Part shown: piece after piece, positions 8,672 to 18,275 of the stretch
Position numbering within the stretch: position 1 is the stretch's first letter
How the letters are laid out: each line of letters begins with the position of its first letter
Source of the DNA: a virus
Lineage: Duplodnaviria; Caudoviricetes
Reading direction: 5' to 3' (one strand)
Length of the DNA stretch: 35,820 nt
IMG/VR virus record: IMGVR_UViG_3300010358_000008
Location: 1-35,820 of that record
Position numbers and translations under genes: made by a program
The notes under the pieces: generated by a model
Seen by the model: only the letters and a program-made list of their open reading frames with translations
What the model was told of the DNA's origin: nothing
The model's database searches: none

Positions 8672-9453
8672 GCAACCCCGTTCTGACTACCAGCGAGAAC
8701 ATCATCGAGATCCTTACCCCCGGCCTCCCTGGCCCTGCCGGTATACCCGGACCTTCCGGGGCGCAGGGCGTGCAAGGGCCCCCCGGACAGGTAGGCTCAG
8801 CGGGCCCACCTGGTCCCCAGGGGCCTCCAGGCGGCTTCACCATCGCCGCAACCGTGCTGGATCCGACCTACCTGCCTGCGGTGCCCGATGCATCGCAGGC
8901 AGGCATGGTCTGGCTTGTCGGCAATCCGCCCCTGGTGTACTTCTATGACGCCACAGCGGGCTGGGTAGTACTGAGTGTCGCTGCTGGCCCCCAGGGGCTG
9001 ACAGGGACTCAGGGGCTCATTGGATTGCAAGGAATACAGGGAGTTCCCGGTCCCACCGGAGCTCAAGGGCCCGTAGGTCCGCAGGGCTTGCCGGGTGGCA
9101 TGAGCAGTCTCATCCCCCCGGTCTGGCTCGACGCCAAGTCTTATCTCGTGGCTCCCTGGCAGGCCATCGCCGGATCCTCAGTGTCCTGGCTTCAAGATGC
9201 CTGGGGCCGGGTGCAGCTACGAGGCGAGGTGTTTTATTCGGGCGGCAACCCGCCCGATGCCACCGTCATCATGTCCTGCCCTCCGGGCACTACTCCTAAG
9301 CAGAATGCCGTCCTGCCCGCCGTCCAGGACGTAGCCCCGGCGCAGTTTTACCGGGTGGATGTTGGCACTGACGGCTCTATACGGCTGCGCTTTCCGCCCC
9401 CATCGGGTACCGGCCAGCTATTCCTCGACAACATCAGTTGGCTCACCCAGTAA
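8668..9453 (+). CDS. Collagen-like minor tail/fibre protein
   Basis: Two Gly-X-Y tracts. C-terminal GRVQLRG...V-x-x-DG-x-I...FLDNISW fibre-tip-like domain. Confidence 0.75.
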   Translation: MSNPVLTTSENIIEILTPGLPGPAGIPGPSGAQGVQGPPGQVGSAGPPGPQGPPGGFTIAATVLDPTYLPAVPDASQAGMVWLVGNPPLVYFYDATAGWVVLSVAAGPQGLTGTQGLIGLQGIQGVPGPTGAQGPVGPQGLPGGMSSLIPPVWLDAKSYLVAPWQAIAGSSVSWLQDAWGRVQLRGEVFYSGGNPPDATVIMSCPPGTTPKQNAVLPAVQDVAPAQFYRVDVGTDGSIRLRFPPPSGTGQLFLDNISWLTQ

Positions 9454-9463
9454 GGAGCACACC

Positions 9464-9676
9464 ATGACCGCAACCGAAGACCCCACCCCGCCCCCGGAGC
9501 CCGAGCCTGCACCTACGCCTGCGCCCGAACCTGAGCCCGAGAGCTCTGATCCCTCCGACCCCACACTGTCCCATTCCCATGACCGGACGACTCATGTCGA
9601 ATCAGCCGAGGGAGGGACACTTCACCACGAGTCTGAAGGTCAGACCGAGGTCAACACTGGAGACGCCGATGAGTGA
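9464..9676 (+). CDS. Small acidic Pro/Glu-rich protein
   Basis: SD TAAGGAG then ATG 9464 (MTATEDPTPPPEPEP...). Overlaps the next gene. Confidence 0.55.
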   Translation: MTATEDPTPPPEPEPAPTPAPEPEPESSDPSDPTLSHSHDRTTHVESAEGGTLHHESEGQTEVNTGDADE

Positions 9677-9857
9677 TATAGACCAGCCAGAGGGTGAGGT
9701 CAGCGAGCAACCTGCCATGGAGCCTGACGATGTACGGGGGCCAGATGGCGAGGAACTGGAGTGGCCCGAGCCACAGGATGATCCCGAGGAAGAGCTAGGT
9801 GAGAGCAAGGCCAATGACGGCACACCAGGAGCAGTAGAGGAGCAAGATGGCACTTAA
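9669..9857 (+). CDS. Small highly acidic protein
   Basis: MSDIDQPEGEVSEQ..., SD GGAG. Overlaps both neighbours. Confidence 0.55.
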   Translation: MSDIDQPEGEVSEQPAMEPDDVRGPDGEELEWPEPQDDPEEELGESKANDGTPGAVEEQDGT

Positions 9858-10689
9858 GAGAGTCGGTATTCCGAGCCCGAACTACTCCAGCCGAGGCGGC
9901 TCTAAGGTCAGACTGATAGTGCTCCATACGGCGGAAGGAGCCACGACATACCAGTCGTTGGGCTCGTATTTTTCCAATCCAGCTAGCCAGGTATCGTCCC
10001 ATGTAGGCATAGACGACACCGTAAATACGGTCGGAGAATATGTCGGTCGGTCCAATAAGGCTTGGACTAGCTGTAACGCCAACCCCGTGGCCGTGCAGGC
10101 AGAGCTCTGTGCATTCGCAGCCTGGTCAAGTAATGATTGGGCCGGTCACCAGCAGATGCTCGCCAATACTGCGGCCTGGATAGCCGAGGAGTCAGCCGCC
10201 TTCGGCATCCCCATCGTGAAGCTCACGGCTTCACAGGCTCAAGGTGGATCAGCCGGTGTCTGTCAGCACCGGGATCTCGGTAGCTGGGGCTGTAGTCACA
10301 CAGATTGCGGCAACGGGTTCCCTATCGATCAGGTCATATCAATGGCTACCGGCAAGCCACCCACGCCCACGCCACCGACACCTACACCCACCCCTCCTCC
10401 CTCAGGGAAAGCGCCCCCCTTTCCCTACCCATCCTCCGACTATCTGGGGCAACCATCCTCCGACCCACACTGCCATTCCGGCTACTACGGCGGCGTGGAT
10501 AACACAAACGTGGCGACCTGGCAACGGCAGATGGCGGCACGGGGTTGGTCGATAGGTGGCATCGATGGTATGTACGGTCCAACCTGCACCAATATCTGCC
10601 GCCAATTCCAGCAGGAGAAGGGCTTGTCCGTTGACGGTTTGGTGGGGCCGCAGACGTGGTCAACGAGTTGGACGGCCCCGGTCACATAG
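9847..10689 (+). CDS. Endolysin: N-acetylmuramoyl-L-alanine amidase (Amidase_2) with peptidoglycan-binding domain
   Basis: SPNYSSR...LIVLHTAEG...VSSH...AW...E...HRD...HTDCG Zn-amidase motifs, a Pro/Thr linker, then WQRQM...DGMYGP...FQ...GLSVDGLVGPQTW (PG_binding_1). Confidence 0.92.
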   Translation: MALKRVGIPSPNYSSRGGSKVRLIVLHTAEGATTYQSLGSYFSNPASQVSSHVGIDDTVNTVGEYVGRSNKAWTSCNANPVAVQAELCAFAAWSSNDWAGHQQMLANTAAWIAEESAAFGIPIVKLTASQAQGGSAGVCQHRDLGSWGCSHTDCGNGFPIDQVISMATGKPPTPTPPTPTPTPPPSGKAPPFPYPSSDYLGQPSSDPHCHSGYYGGVDNTNVATWQRQMAARGWSIGGIDGMYGPTCTNICRQFQQEKGLSVDGLVGPQTWSTSWTAPVT

Positions 10690-10691
10690 CC

Positions 10692-10904
10692 ATGCTCGCC
10701 AGTGTCTGGGATTCCGGCTTCGCCATCGCCACCTGGTTCATGGTGGCGTTCATCTGGGGGGTCGGAATCCTCTGCGCCGTCATCAGCTTCAGGAAGCGTC
10801 ACATGCTGTGGTTCATCCTAGGATTTTTCTTCGTGGTGTGCTGGTACATCGGAGCGCTCCTCCCTGACCGTCGCAAGGTGGTGGTTGTGGAGGAGCGCCG
10901 TTAG
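10692..10904 (+). CDS. Small two-TM membrane protein, holin candidate
   Basis: Two hydrophobic segments with a basic C-terminus, directly after the endolysin. Confidence 0.5.
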   Translation: MLASVWDSGFAIATWFMVAFIWGVGILCAVISFRKRHMLWFILGFFFVVCWYIGALLPDRRKVVVVEERR

Positions 10905-10906
10905 AT

Positions 10907-11767
10907 GTGGCGAATGGTGATGGTGCCCTCATTGCAGCCTGCTGTACCGGAGTCGCCGCCATCGTCACGGCCTGGGCTGCCATAATCCGGGCCAAGCACA
11001 CGGGCAACGATAAGTGCGAGGAGGATCTGGCTGCCGCCAGGAAGGAGGCAGAGGAAGCTCAGGCCAAGCTCCACCACATACGCATGACGCATCCAGAGGT
11101 GATGGACAACGAAGAGGAAGACGACACTGAGAGGGGGGCGATCTCTCCGAACTTTCTCCTGTTCATGGCCGTCATCTTCGTAGCAGCATCGATTCTGTTC
11201 GCACTGTTAGCGGGGCACAGCAGGACAGCGAACGGGCAGACGGGTAGTACCGGACCACCAGGAGCTACCGGACCAGCGGGACCGAAGGGGCCACAAGGCG
11301 AGAAAGGCGACACCGGCCCACAGGGACCGAAAGGACCGATAGGACAAGCCGTCAGCAACCTCGTAACGCCAGGAGTGTTAGGTGCAACAAGACCCGGATC
11401 AGGAACTGCGGGAGCGGCGGGAAGCGTGGGAGCAACGGGAGCTACCGGAGCCATCGGGGCCACCGGCAGCCAAGGCCAAGCGGGAGCCACGGGCAGCCAG
11501 GGAGCGGCGGGTAGCCAGGGTCCAGTTGGCCCACCTGGAAGTACCGGACCTGCTGGCCCTGCTGGGCCTACCGGCCAGCGAGGCCAGACTGGATCCACCG
11601 GGGCTAGTGGTGCTCAGGGTCCACCCGGCGTACCTGGCCCTGTAGGACCGAGGGGCCCAGCGGGGCCACCTAGTGGCTTCTCTTGCCCTGGCGGCTCATC
11701 CCTGCAAGAGCTCAGCATCAATGGCAAGGGTGGGCAGAGCACAATTTGGGCCTGCGTGATCGGTTAG
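10907..11767 (+). CDS. Membrane-anchored collagen-like protein (lysis cassette)
   Basis: N-terminal TM, coiled coil, second TM (FLLFMAVIFVAASILFALLAG), long Gly-X-Y repeats and a C-terminal Cys pair. Confidence 0.7.
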   Translation: MANGDGALIAACCTGVAAIVTAWAAIIRAKHTGNDKCEEDLAAARKEAEEAQAKLHHIRMTHPEVMDNEEEDDTERGAISPNFLLFMAVIFVAASILFALLAGHSRTANGQTGSTGPPGATGPAGPKGPQGEKGDTGPQGPKGPIGQAVSNLVTPGVLGATRPGSGTAGAAGSVGATGATGAIGATGSQGQAGATGSQGAAGSQGPVGPPGSTGPAGPAGPTGQRGQTGSTGASGAQGPPGVPGPVGPRGPAGPPSGFSCPGGSSLQELSINGKGGQSTIWACVIG

Positions 11768-11772
11768 AAGGT

Positions 11773-11807
11773 GGGAGAGGGGGCTGATGTGAGGGGCCCC
11801 CTCTCCC
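11773..11807. terminator. Stem-loop between convergent genes (probable bidirectional terminator)
   Basis: GGGAGAGGGGGC-N11-GCCCCCTCTCCC perfect 12-bp stem just after the 11767 stop. Confidence 0.7.
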
Positions 11808-11862
11808 GGTTGGACCGGAGAAGCATCCTGTCCGAGCTCAAGATAACATGCACCTTGATCAC

Positions 11863-13731
11863 CTAACTGGTGGGCCCCGAGAACCGAGCCGGGAACACGT
11901 CGTCCATGTAACCCAGGGCCCCAGCCATCAGCGGATTGCGTTGGGCTGTTTGGTTCAGCATGTCCACCAGGTCAGGCCAGTTGAACGGCGTGGTGCCCTG
12001 CGACTTGGCGTAGATGATCAAGCTGGTGAGCACCTTCATGACCACAGCGGCGTAGATCAGTTGATCGGTAGTCAAGGTCAGCGCCGCCTGGCTTCGCATG
12101 ATCACCGCAGCGACCTGCTGCACCGAAGGAGCCATGGTCAGGCTGGTGTAGCCGTACAGGGGTACGACCACAGCCCGCCCAGTCACGTCAATCGTGGTGC
12201 TGGCACTCAGTACGACCTGGCCGGATACATGCAAGGGCTGGGGCACGATGCTCTGGCTGGCATGGGCCGACATGACGACCAGGCCCAGCTTGGTGACCAG
12301 GCCGATGATCTGGAGGCTGGAGCGCTCAGTAAGGTGCACCCCACCGAAGCGGATGGGAATACCCGGCGTCGCCAGCGTGGTGGTGGCATGCAGGTCAGCT
12401 ATCGCCAGTTGCCTGAGCGAGGCCGAGACGAACAGACTGCTGTGCACCGGCATGGAGATGATGCCGGGGCGCATGACCCCACCCGACAACGTCATCTCCA
12501 CGAACGGGGCCATCGAGATGTAAGCGATCTGAGTCGCCTTGGCCGTGATCGTGAGCCTGGCTGAGCCAGCCAGATGGGCTGCTCCTACCGGCACCCGCAG
12601 GCCCGCCACCGTCAGTTTGGCCGTGACCGTGTGGTGGACTACCGCCAGGATGTGAGTGAGGTCAGTGGTCACCAAGGAGGTAGAAGCGGCCATGCTGGTG
12701 CTACTGGTGGTGCTGACGTGAGCGACCACATTAAGGGCACCGGAGCCCTTTAAAAGCACCGCAGCGAACTGCTGCACAATGCCTGGCTGCACAGTCAGGA
12801 CGTTGTGGGCCACCATGGGGATGACCCCGAATTGCTGCACCTTGGTGTTGCTCACCGTCAGGTGGGCAGTGGCCGCATGCTGGACGTTGATGAAACCAAG
12901 AGCGGTTGCTGAAGTCGTCAGGCTGGCGTTGGCTGCCATTTGGGCCAGGCCAAACCACTGGGGAGCAGTGGCAGCGAACAGGTTGGCCTGTGCGTTCAAA
13001 GAAGCGACGCTGTAGGTAATCAACCCGCCCGTTGTTGTCAGGCCAGCGGTCGAGCTCATCACCACCCCGGCCTGCTGGACCGTTATGCCGCCCGCTGTCA
13101 TGGCTGCCAGGGCAGCCATGGTCACGCCGCCGAATTGCAGCCTGACACCGGTCACCGAGAGGCTCGCAGAACCCCCCAGAGCGACCCCAGAGAGGATGGT
13201 TTGGGCCGCAGTGACAGAGAGCCCGGTATTGCCAACGAGAGCCGTAGCAGCCGCCTGAGTGACCTTAGGAGTCATCGTCAGAGCAGCCACCGGGGACATC
13301 AGCACCGTGGCATAGGTGATGCCGGTACCAGGAGTGACGGTGAGGTGAGCCGTGCCAGACAGGGCCACCGAGGCCATCTGGACAATGCCCGTGGTCACCG
13401 ACATGTTGGAGGTGGCGACGTGCGACACCTGGGCTACGGCCTGCCGTATGGCCGCAGCGCTCAGGGTGGCCCCGCCTGCCAGGGTGACACTGGAGACTTG
13501 CTGGACTGACGCCGCCACCGACATAGAGGCGTGGGCGGGCATCGCCATCGAAGAGGTGGTGAGAGCGATGGCAGTAACCGACAACTGAGCCGTAGCCGAC
13601 TCAGCAACCGCCCCTCCACCAATGACGAGCCCCGCCGTAACCGACAGGTTGCCGGTCCCGGCCAGACCTACTGTCGAGTCCTGAACCTGGTAGTACTGCC
13701 GGTTGTAGTTAAGCGGGTAGAAGCGAGGCAT
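11863..13731 (-). CDS. Long ~20-aa-repeat beta-strand virion fibre protein
   Basis: Roughly 27 degenerate repeats such as SSVTLAGGATLSAAAIRQAV and AQVSHVATSNMSVTTGIVQM. Very few charged residues; in the structural operon. Confidence 0.6.
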   Translation of the reverse strand: MPRFYPLNYNRQYYQVQDSTVGLAGTGNLSVTAGLVIGGGAVAESATAQLSVTAIALTTSSMAMPAHASMSVAASVQQVSSVTLAGGATLSAAAIRQAVAQVSHVATSNMSVTTGIVQMASVALSGTAHLTVTPGTGITYATVLMSPVAALTMTPKVTQAAATALVGNTGLSVTAAQTILSGVALGGSASLSVTGVRLQFGGVTMAALAAMTAGGITVQQAGVVMSSTAGLTTTGGLITYSVASLNAQANLFAATAPQWFGLAQMAANASLTTSATALGFINVQHAATAHLTVSNTKVQQFGVIPMVAHNVLTVQPGIVQQFAAVLLKGSGALNVVAHVSTTSSTSMAASTSLVTTDLTHILAVVHHTVTAKLTVAGLRVPVGAAHLAGSARLTITAKATQIAYISMAPFVEMTLSGGVMRPGIISMPVHSSLFVSASLRQLAIADLHATTTLATPGIPIRFGGVHLTERSSLQIIGLVTKLGLVVMSAHASQSIVPQPLHVSGQVVLSASTTIDVTGRAVVVPLYGYTSLTMAPSVQQVAAVIMRSQAALTLTTDQLIYAAVVMKVLTSLIIYAKSQGTTPFNWPDLVDMLNQTAQRNPLMAGALGYMDDVFPARFSGPTS

Positions 13732-13734
13732 TCA

Positions 13735-15048
13735 TCAGCCCGATCCCAAGTAGCTGACCGTGGCTGCTGTCGCCGTCGAGCCAGGAACACCGCTCATGCT
13801 CACCCCCGAGGGGCAGATCGAATAGATCTGGAAGGTCTGACCAGCCACAGCCAGGATGGTGTCGACAGCAGCGGTGGAGATGACCCCGGTGCCCGCCGAG
13901 TAGGAGAAATCATCGATGGTGTTGGAGCCGCCCCACCATATCTGGGTCCGCAGATATTGACCGGCTGCGGTAGGGGTGGCCTGGACCGTGCCGGTGACCC
14001 GGTACCAGCCAGGAAGTGGTGCCGTAAAGACACCACCACTTATCAGGCCATAGGGATCCCAATTGGGTGTGTCGATGCTGATGGCTGTCGGGGCGTTGGT
14101 GATAATGAAGGCCCCGCTGCGATAGCCCCTGGCGTGGAGGACATCACGAGCCAGCTTCCAGGCCCCGCTGTTGACATTGTTCTTCGCCACCCAGATCCCG
14201 CCCAGGTTGTCGGTATAAGTCTGGATGGTGCTGCCGGTGGTGACCGGCGCAGGCAGGTTAGGGGTCCGGGCGTCGACATAGGCCTTGGAGCTCAAGTCCG
14301 AAGCTAGGATGGGCTGAGGAGCCGTAGGAGCCGCAAAGACCACCAGGTTGGACGCATTGGGTGTGCCCACACTGGCCGTGACCTGGACCGTGTTGGCATC
14401 AACGACAGCGATCTCAGCCTGGATGAGAGCGTTGGTTACCGCATCCCATAGCTGAGTGATGACGTTGCGGCTGTTGAGGTTGTGAGTGACGATGTAGCTC
14501 GATCCTTGACCCAGCGCCGGGATGGACTGGATGAAGGTGCTGCCTCGCAGGAGCGGACGCTTGTCGGTGACGTTGGCCGTGACGATGGTGGTGACCTGAG
14601 GCCCCACTAGCACCTGAGCAAGTTCCATGCAACTAGCCGGAAGAGCAGGGGGTGTCTGAGAGCCGGTGGTGGCAGGAGTCCCAGCTACAGCCTGGAAGAG
14701 GAAGTCGCTGTTACCACCACCGGCCACCCAATCGTCTCGCACCTTGGCAACGATGCGGTCGATGCGAGACTGCCCAGCACCCGGAGCCGCCGTGATGGGC
14801 ACGTTCTCGACAGCATCAGACCAGCAGATGTACGAGCCCTGGTTGGCGATGTCAGAGCCAACGACCAGGCCCCGGCCCGCCGCCACATCCACCGTCATGT
14901 TGGCCGTGCCAGCATGCTGGGATACCAGCCAGGCCCCGGTCCCCGAGAGGAGACAAGGGCCCGTGCCCAGGGCATCGGTGATGAAGAGACGGTCTAGCTG
15001 AGCCGGGTAGGTCGCCTCCTGCATCCAGGAAGGGGCGTACCTGGTCAT
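13735..15048 (-). CDS. Minor tail/fibre protein with C-terminal C1q/TNF-like domain
   Basis: N-terminal MTVDVAAG...RIDRIV...LAQVLV domain typical of actinophage minor tail proteins; VTHNLNSR module; GVFTAPLPGWY C1q-like motif. Confidence 0.65.
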   Translation of the reverse strand: MTRYAPSWMQEATYPAQLDRLFITDALGTGPCLLSGTGAWLVSQHAGTANMTVDVAAGRGLVVGSDIANQGSYICWSDAVENVPITAAPGAGQSRIDRIVAKVRDDWVAGGGNSDFLFQAVAGTPATTGSQTPPALPASCMELAQVLVGPQVTTIVTANVTDKRPLLRGSTFIQSIPALGQGSSYIVTHNLNSRNVITQLWDAVTNALIQAEIAVVDANTVQVTASVGTPNASNLVVFAAPTAPQPILASDLSSKAYVDARTPNLPAPVTTGSTIQTYTDNLGGIWVAKNNVNSGAWKLARDVLHARGYRSGAFIITNAPTAISIDTPNWDPYGLISGGVFTAPLPGWYRVTGTVQATPTAAGQYLRTQIWWGGSNTIDDFSYSAGTGVISTAAVDTILAVAGQTFQIYSICPSGVSMSGVPGSTATAATVSYLGSG

Positions 15049-15051
15049 GGG

Positions 15052-15435
15052 CTAGCTCAGCGTCTTGGTATATGACCCTGAAGCAATCGAAAAGGTGTCA
15101 CCAGCGTTGACTGTTTTGGAGGCCGATAAAGCCCCGAACCACCGTCTAACCGGGGTGCCAGCGCTGTCCCACTCGTCCACCCCGGTCACCGTGCAAGCAG
15201 GCATGTTCGGGTAGGTCAGGGCCACATTGGACGAGATCGAACCACCCGCCGAGGCAGCAAAGGTGATGGTCTGACGAGCATAGGAGCCGCCTGCCACCTC
15301 TGTGCCCGGAGCGGTAGCTGTGCCGGTCGCCGTGACCAGGGCCACCTTGACTGGAGTGGTGACGGCGGTATAGGCAGCCTGGCCGCTGCTGGCGTTCAAA
15401 ATGGCATTGGCTTCAGTGGTTACAAGGTTTGCCAC
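15052..15435 (-). CDS. Small virion fibre/decoration protein
   Basis: EVAGGSYARQTITF...WD...G-x-L-x-x-SKTV-x-x-GDTF pattern of a widespread phage beta-sandwich structural family. GTG start overlaps the upstream TAG. Confidence 0.7.
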   Translation of the reverse strand: MANLVTTEANAILNASSGQAAYTAVTTPVKVALVTATGTATAPGTEVAGGSYARQTITFAASAGGSISSNVALTYPNMPACTVTGVDEWDSAGTPVRRWFGALSASKTVNAGDTFSIASGSYTKTLS

Positions 15436-15761
15436 TACGCCTCCTCAGTGGTCGGGATGTTGAAGTCAGGGGACTCGACAGCCACTCGCTCAAAGAGCGT
15501 CTGGAGATGCTCGCTGGTGCGGTTCTGGAGTGCCTGATCAAAGGCATCCCCGATGGGGTGATCTGAGATCTGCTCTACGTCGACCGAGCAGATCTCACAG
15601 CCGTCTTCGGCACAGCACTGCACATGCTTAGTGACTGAGAGATCCAAGCCCTCGCCCGTAACCGGGTGGTTGAAGGCGACGTACTGGACATGATGGGCAT
15701 GCGTGTCGGTCTGGCCGCACTTGGCGCATGTCCGAGATTCTGTGGTGTCAGGTGCGGTCAA
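15435..15761 (-). CDS. Hypothetical Cys/His-rich (Zn-binding) protein
   Basis: Start reassigned to TTG 15761 (SD AGGAGG). CAKC...HAHH...H-x-x-CC...CEIC. Confidence 0.6.
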   Translation of the reverse strand: MTAPDTTESRTCAKCGQTDTHAHHVQYVAFNHPVTGEGLDLSVTKHVQCCAEDGCEICSVDVEQISDHPIGDAFDQALQNRTSEHLQTLFERVAVESPDFNIPTTEEA

Positions 15762-15769
15762 GGTTCCTC

Positions 15770-16309
15770 CTAGTGATAAACGACACCCCGGCTTTCCAGC
15801 CAGTCGTAGAGATGCTTCGGTACCCGATAACGCCGCCCTCGCAGGAAGGTCATGTGGTTGCCCACGCCGTAGGTCATCTCCTCGATGTCGGTGTTGACCC
15901 GGATGACCCTCCATTCATCCTCGACGGTGACCGGAGGTGGCACGCCCAGGTCTTCGACCTCCAAGCTGTTGGGGGCGACAGGCCGGGGCTGCTGCTGAGG
16001 TTGCACTTCCTGAAGGCTCTTCATGGGGTCGTATGGGGGCACACCTGGCGTTACCTGGGGGTCGAAGATCTGATCGGTTTCCACCGTGAGGGGCTGGCTT
16101 TCCATGGCCTCGATCTTGGCCCTGGACTCCGGGGAGAGCTCAGTCATCTCACCCGTCACCGGGTCGAAGATGCCTTCCTCCTCCACCACTGTGTCCACCT
16201 GGTTCACCAATCCGACCTCTCGCTGCCGCTTCTCAAGCTCCTTCTGATTCTGCTCTGCCAATACCTGGCGCTGCGTCCCGGTGTAATCACCTCGTGCTGG
16301 TCTAGCCAT
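15770..16309 (-). CDS. Conserved capsid-associated hypothetical protein
   Basis: Directly after the capsid gene, SD AGGAGG. C-terminal IRVNTDIEEMTYGVG...YRVP...LE-x-x-G motif recalled from Bxz1-like phages. Confidence 0.6.
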   Translation of the reverse strand: MARPARGDYTGTQRQVLAEQNQKELEKRQREVGLVNQVDTVVEEEGIFDPVTGEMTELSPESRAKIEAMESQPLTVETDQIFDPQVTPGVPPYDPMKSLQEVQPQQQPRPVAPNSLEVEDLGVPPPVTVEDEWRVIRVNTDIEEMTYGVGNHMTFLRGRRYRVPKHLYDWLESRGVVYH

Positions 16310-16331
16310 TCACATTCCTCCTAAAGGGAGA

Positions 16332-16361
16332 GAGTGCCTGGACCGACCCAACCAGGCACTC
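16332..16361 (-). terminator. Stem-loop downstream of major capsid gene
   Basis: GAGTGCCTGG-N10-CCAGGCACTC 10-bp stem about 20 nt after the capsid stop. Confidence 0.6.
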
Positions 16362-16380
16362 CCACCCGACCAGTAATTGC

Positions 16381-17403
16381 TTAGTTAGTCGCCGCCAAAA
16401 CGATGCTCTGATCGGTAATCAAACCGAATCCCCAAATCGCATACCAGGCCAATGCGTGCTCACGACCGAAGTCCAACACGCCACCATCACGGAGCTCCAC
16501 CGGGAGAGCGATGGCATGCCCGAAGGCATTGTCCCCCAGGTAAAGGGCCAGGTGAACGACCCCGGCGTTGGTGTAGGTGGTGGGCGGGACGGTGGTCGGG
16601 CCAGTGCTGGGAGCGTACTGCCGGATCTGAGTCGTTTCGATATAAACGACATCATTCAGACGGCCTATTTCTCCAATCATGAAGTTTCCAGCGGCAGCGT
16701 ATTTTGTCACTTCTATGAACTCAGGATTGTCCCTTAGACGCCGAGACTGATGCGGGTCAATAAACGCCACATACGTCTCGCCCAGCCTGGGCACATTCTT
16801 GGTGGCGAGCGTTTCGACAGCGTCCTTTGTGACATTGACGCTGAGGAAGTACGTCCCATCCAGTCCGTTCCAGGCCGTCGCCAGCGTGCCAGCGTCGTAG
16901 GGGGACAGAGGGGTACGAGTGGCACCCGCAGGGGGCGGCTGATAACCGAACAGCAGGGAGGAGGCCTGGTACAACGTGTCCCTGGCACTGCCGTCCAGGT
17001 ACTTAGCCATGTTTCTCCCGAGGAGCCTTGAGCTACTCGCCATCACGTCATCAAAGGAGGAGTTGAGCAAGAGCTCACTCACGGCCACGGCATAGCCCTG
17101 CTCTGCCACCGTGATGGCGTACTGAGAGGCCGTCAATGCCGCCGTCTGCATGCGGACACCTTCAACAAGCTGCGTGGCGTCACCCAGGTTGTTGTAGCGC
17201 ATGAAGTTGATTTGCAGTCCAGGCTGAATGCCGAGCTCTGTCTTCTTCACAGCGAACTGTTCAAAGCGCAGCACCGGCATGCTCTGGAACAAAATCTCCT
17301 TGCTCCAGATCACCTGGATAGCTGGAGATAGCTGCGAGTTTGTGCCCGGATATCCCGTGGGGCTAGCGCTCAGCAACGGGGTGCCGGTGATTGCGGAAGG
17401 CAT
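16381..17403 (-). CDS. Major capsid protein (N4-gp56 family)
   Basis: WSKEILFQSMPVLRFEQFAVKKTELG, GEIGRL, PVELRDGGVLDFGREH and WYAIWG motifs. SD GGAGG; follows the scaffold gene. Confidence 0.92.
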   Translation of the reverse strand: MPSAITGTPLLSASPTGYPGTNSQLSPAIQVIWSKEILFQSMPVLRFEQFAVKKTELGIQPGLQINFMRYNNLGDATQLVEGVRMQTAALTASQYAITVAEQGYAVAVSELLLNSSFDDVMASSSRLLGRNMAKYLDGSARDTLYQASSLLFGYQPPPAGATRTPLSPYDAGTLATAWNGLDGTYFLSVNVTKDAVETLATKNVPRLGETYVAFIDPHQSRRLRDNPEFIEVTKYAAAGNFMIGEIGRLNDVVYIETTQIRQYAPSTGPTTVPPTTYTNAGVVHLALYLGDNAFGHAIALPVELRDGGVLDFGREHALAWYAIWGFGLITDQSIVLAATN

Positions 17404-17457
17404 ACGCCTTACCTCCTGTTTGGTCTGAGGCCCACGGCCTTCCTTCGGGTACTACCT

Positions 17458-18255
17458 CTACTGTTGTCTACGACTTTGCGACGCCGCACGCAGCAAGCTG
17501 TCACGTTGGGCACTGTACTCTTCGGGTGTCATCGCCTTGAGTTCATCTGCCGTATAGGTGCGTGTCGTCTGGCTGGAAACATCGGGCCCAACCGGTGGTG
17601 ACGTGACTCCCACAGTCGGGCGAGTTGCATTTTGATTTCTCACAACTTGCTGGTAATTGCCCAGGATCGCTGCTGATTTTTCCTTGAGCAGATTGATGCT
17701 GGAGTCGATCTCTTGCTCCGTATTACCGGACACGAGATCCCTGAGCTCTGGAGCGATCTCGTCACCCTCCAAAGCCATGCGCTGAGCCAAGTAGGTCTGG
17801 AGGGAAGCATGCCGCCGCTCTTGCTCCAACATGGCGAAGGCCCGCTCCCGCTCAGCCCTCTCCTCGTCCAGCTTGGTCTGCCACTCCTGCTCCTTGCGCT
17901 CCAGGAGGGTGCGAACCTCCATGTCCTCCTCTTCCTTCTTCTTGGCAGCCCGCTCCGCAGCCTTCGCCGCCTGCTGGTCTGCCTTGTCCCGGTCCTCCTG
18001 GGCCTTGCGGAAGGTGGCGAGCTCGTTCTCTAGTTGGTCAGCCCTGGTCTGCTCAGCGGTGACACGGGCCCGCTCTTCCTGGCGGATGCGCTCCACGTCC
18101 TCTGCGGTGAACTGCTGGACATCTGCACCGGAGCGTTGGTTGCGGTTGCCCGAAGTCGGAGGCTCAGGCGGCGGCTCCTGCACCGGGATGGTGATGCTGT
18201 TGGGATCCTGCTGGGGGGTCGGTTCGCCCTGCGGCTCGTTTTCAATGACGGACAT
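17458..18255 (-). CDS. Capsid scaffolding protein
   Basis: Charged coiled coil between portal and capsid genes. C-terminal 'LKAMTPEEYSAQR' capsid-binding-type helix. Confidence 0.8.
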   Translation of the reverse strand: MSVIENEPQGEPTPQQDPNSITIPVQEPPPEPPTSGNRNQRSGADVQQFTAEDVERIRQEERARVTAEQTRADQLENELATFRKAQEDRDKADQQAAKAAERAAKKKEEEDMEVRTLLERKEQEWQTKLDEERAERERAFAMLEQERRHASLQTYLAQRMALEGDEIAPELRDLVSGNTEQEIDSSINLLKEKSAAILGNYQQVVRNQNATRPTVGVTSPPVGPDVSSQTTRTYTADELKAMTPEEYSAQRDSLLRAASQSRRQQ

Positions 18256-18275
18256 AAACGGGGTCGGTTCCTTCC

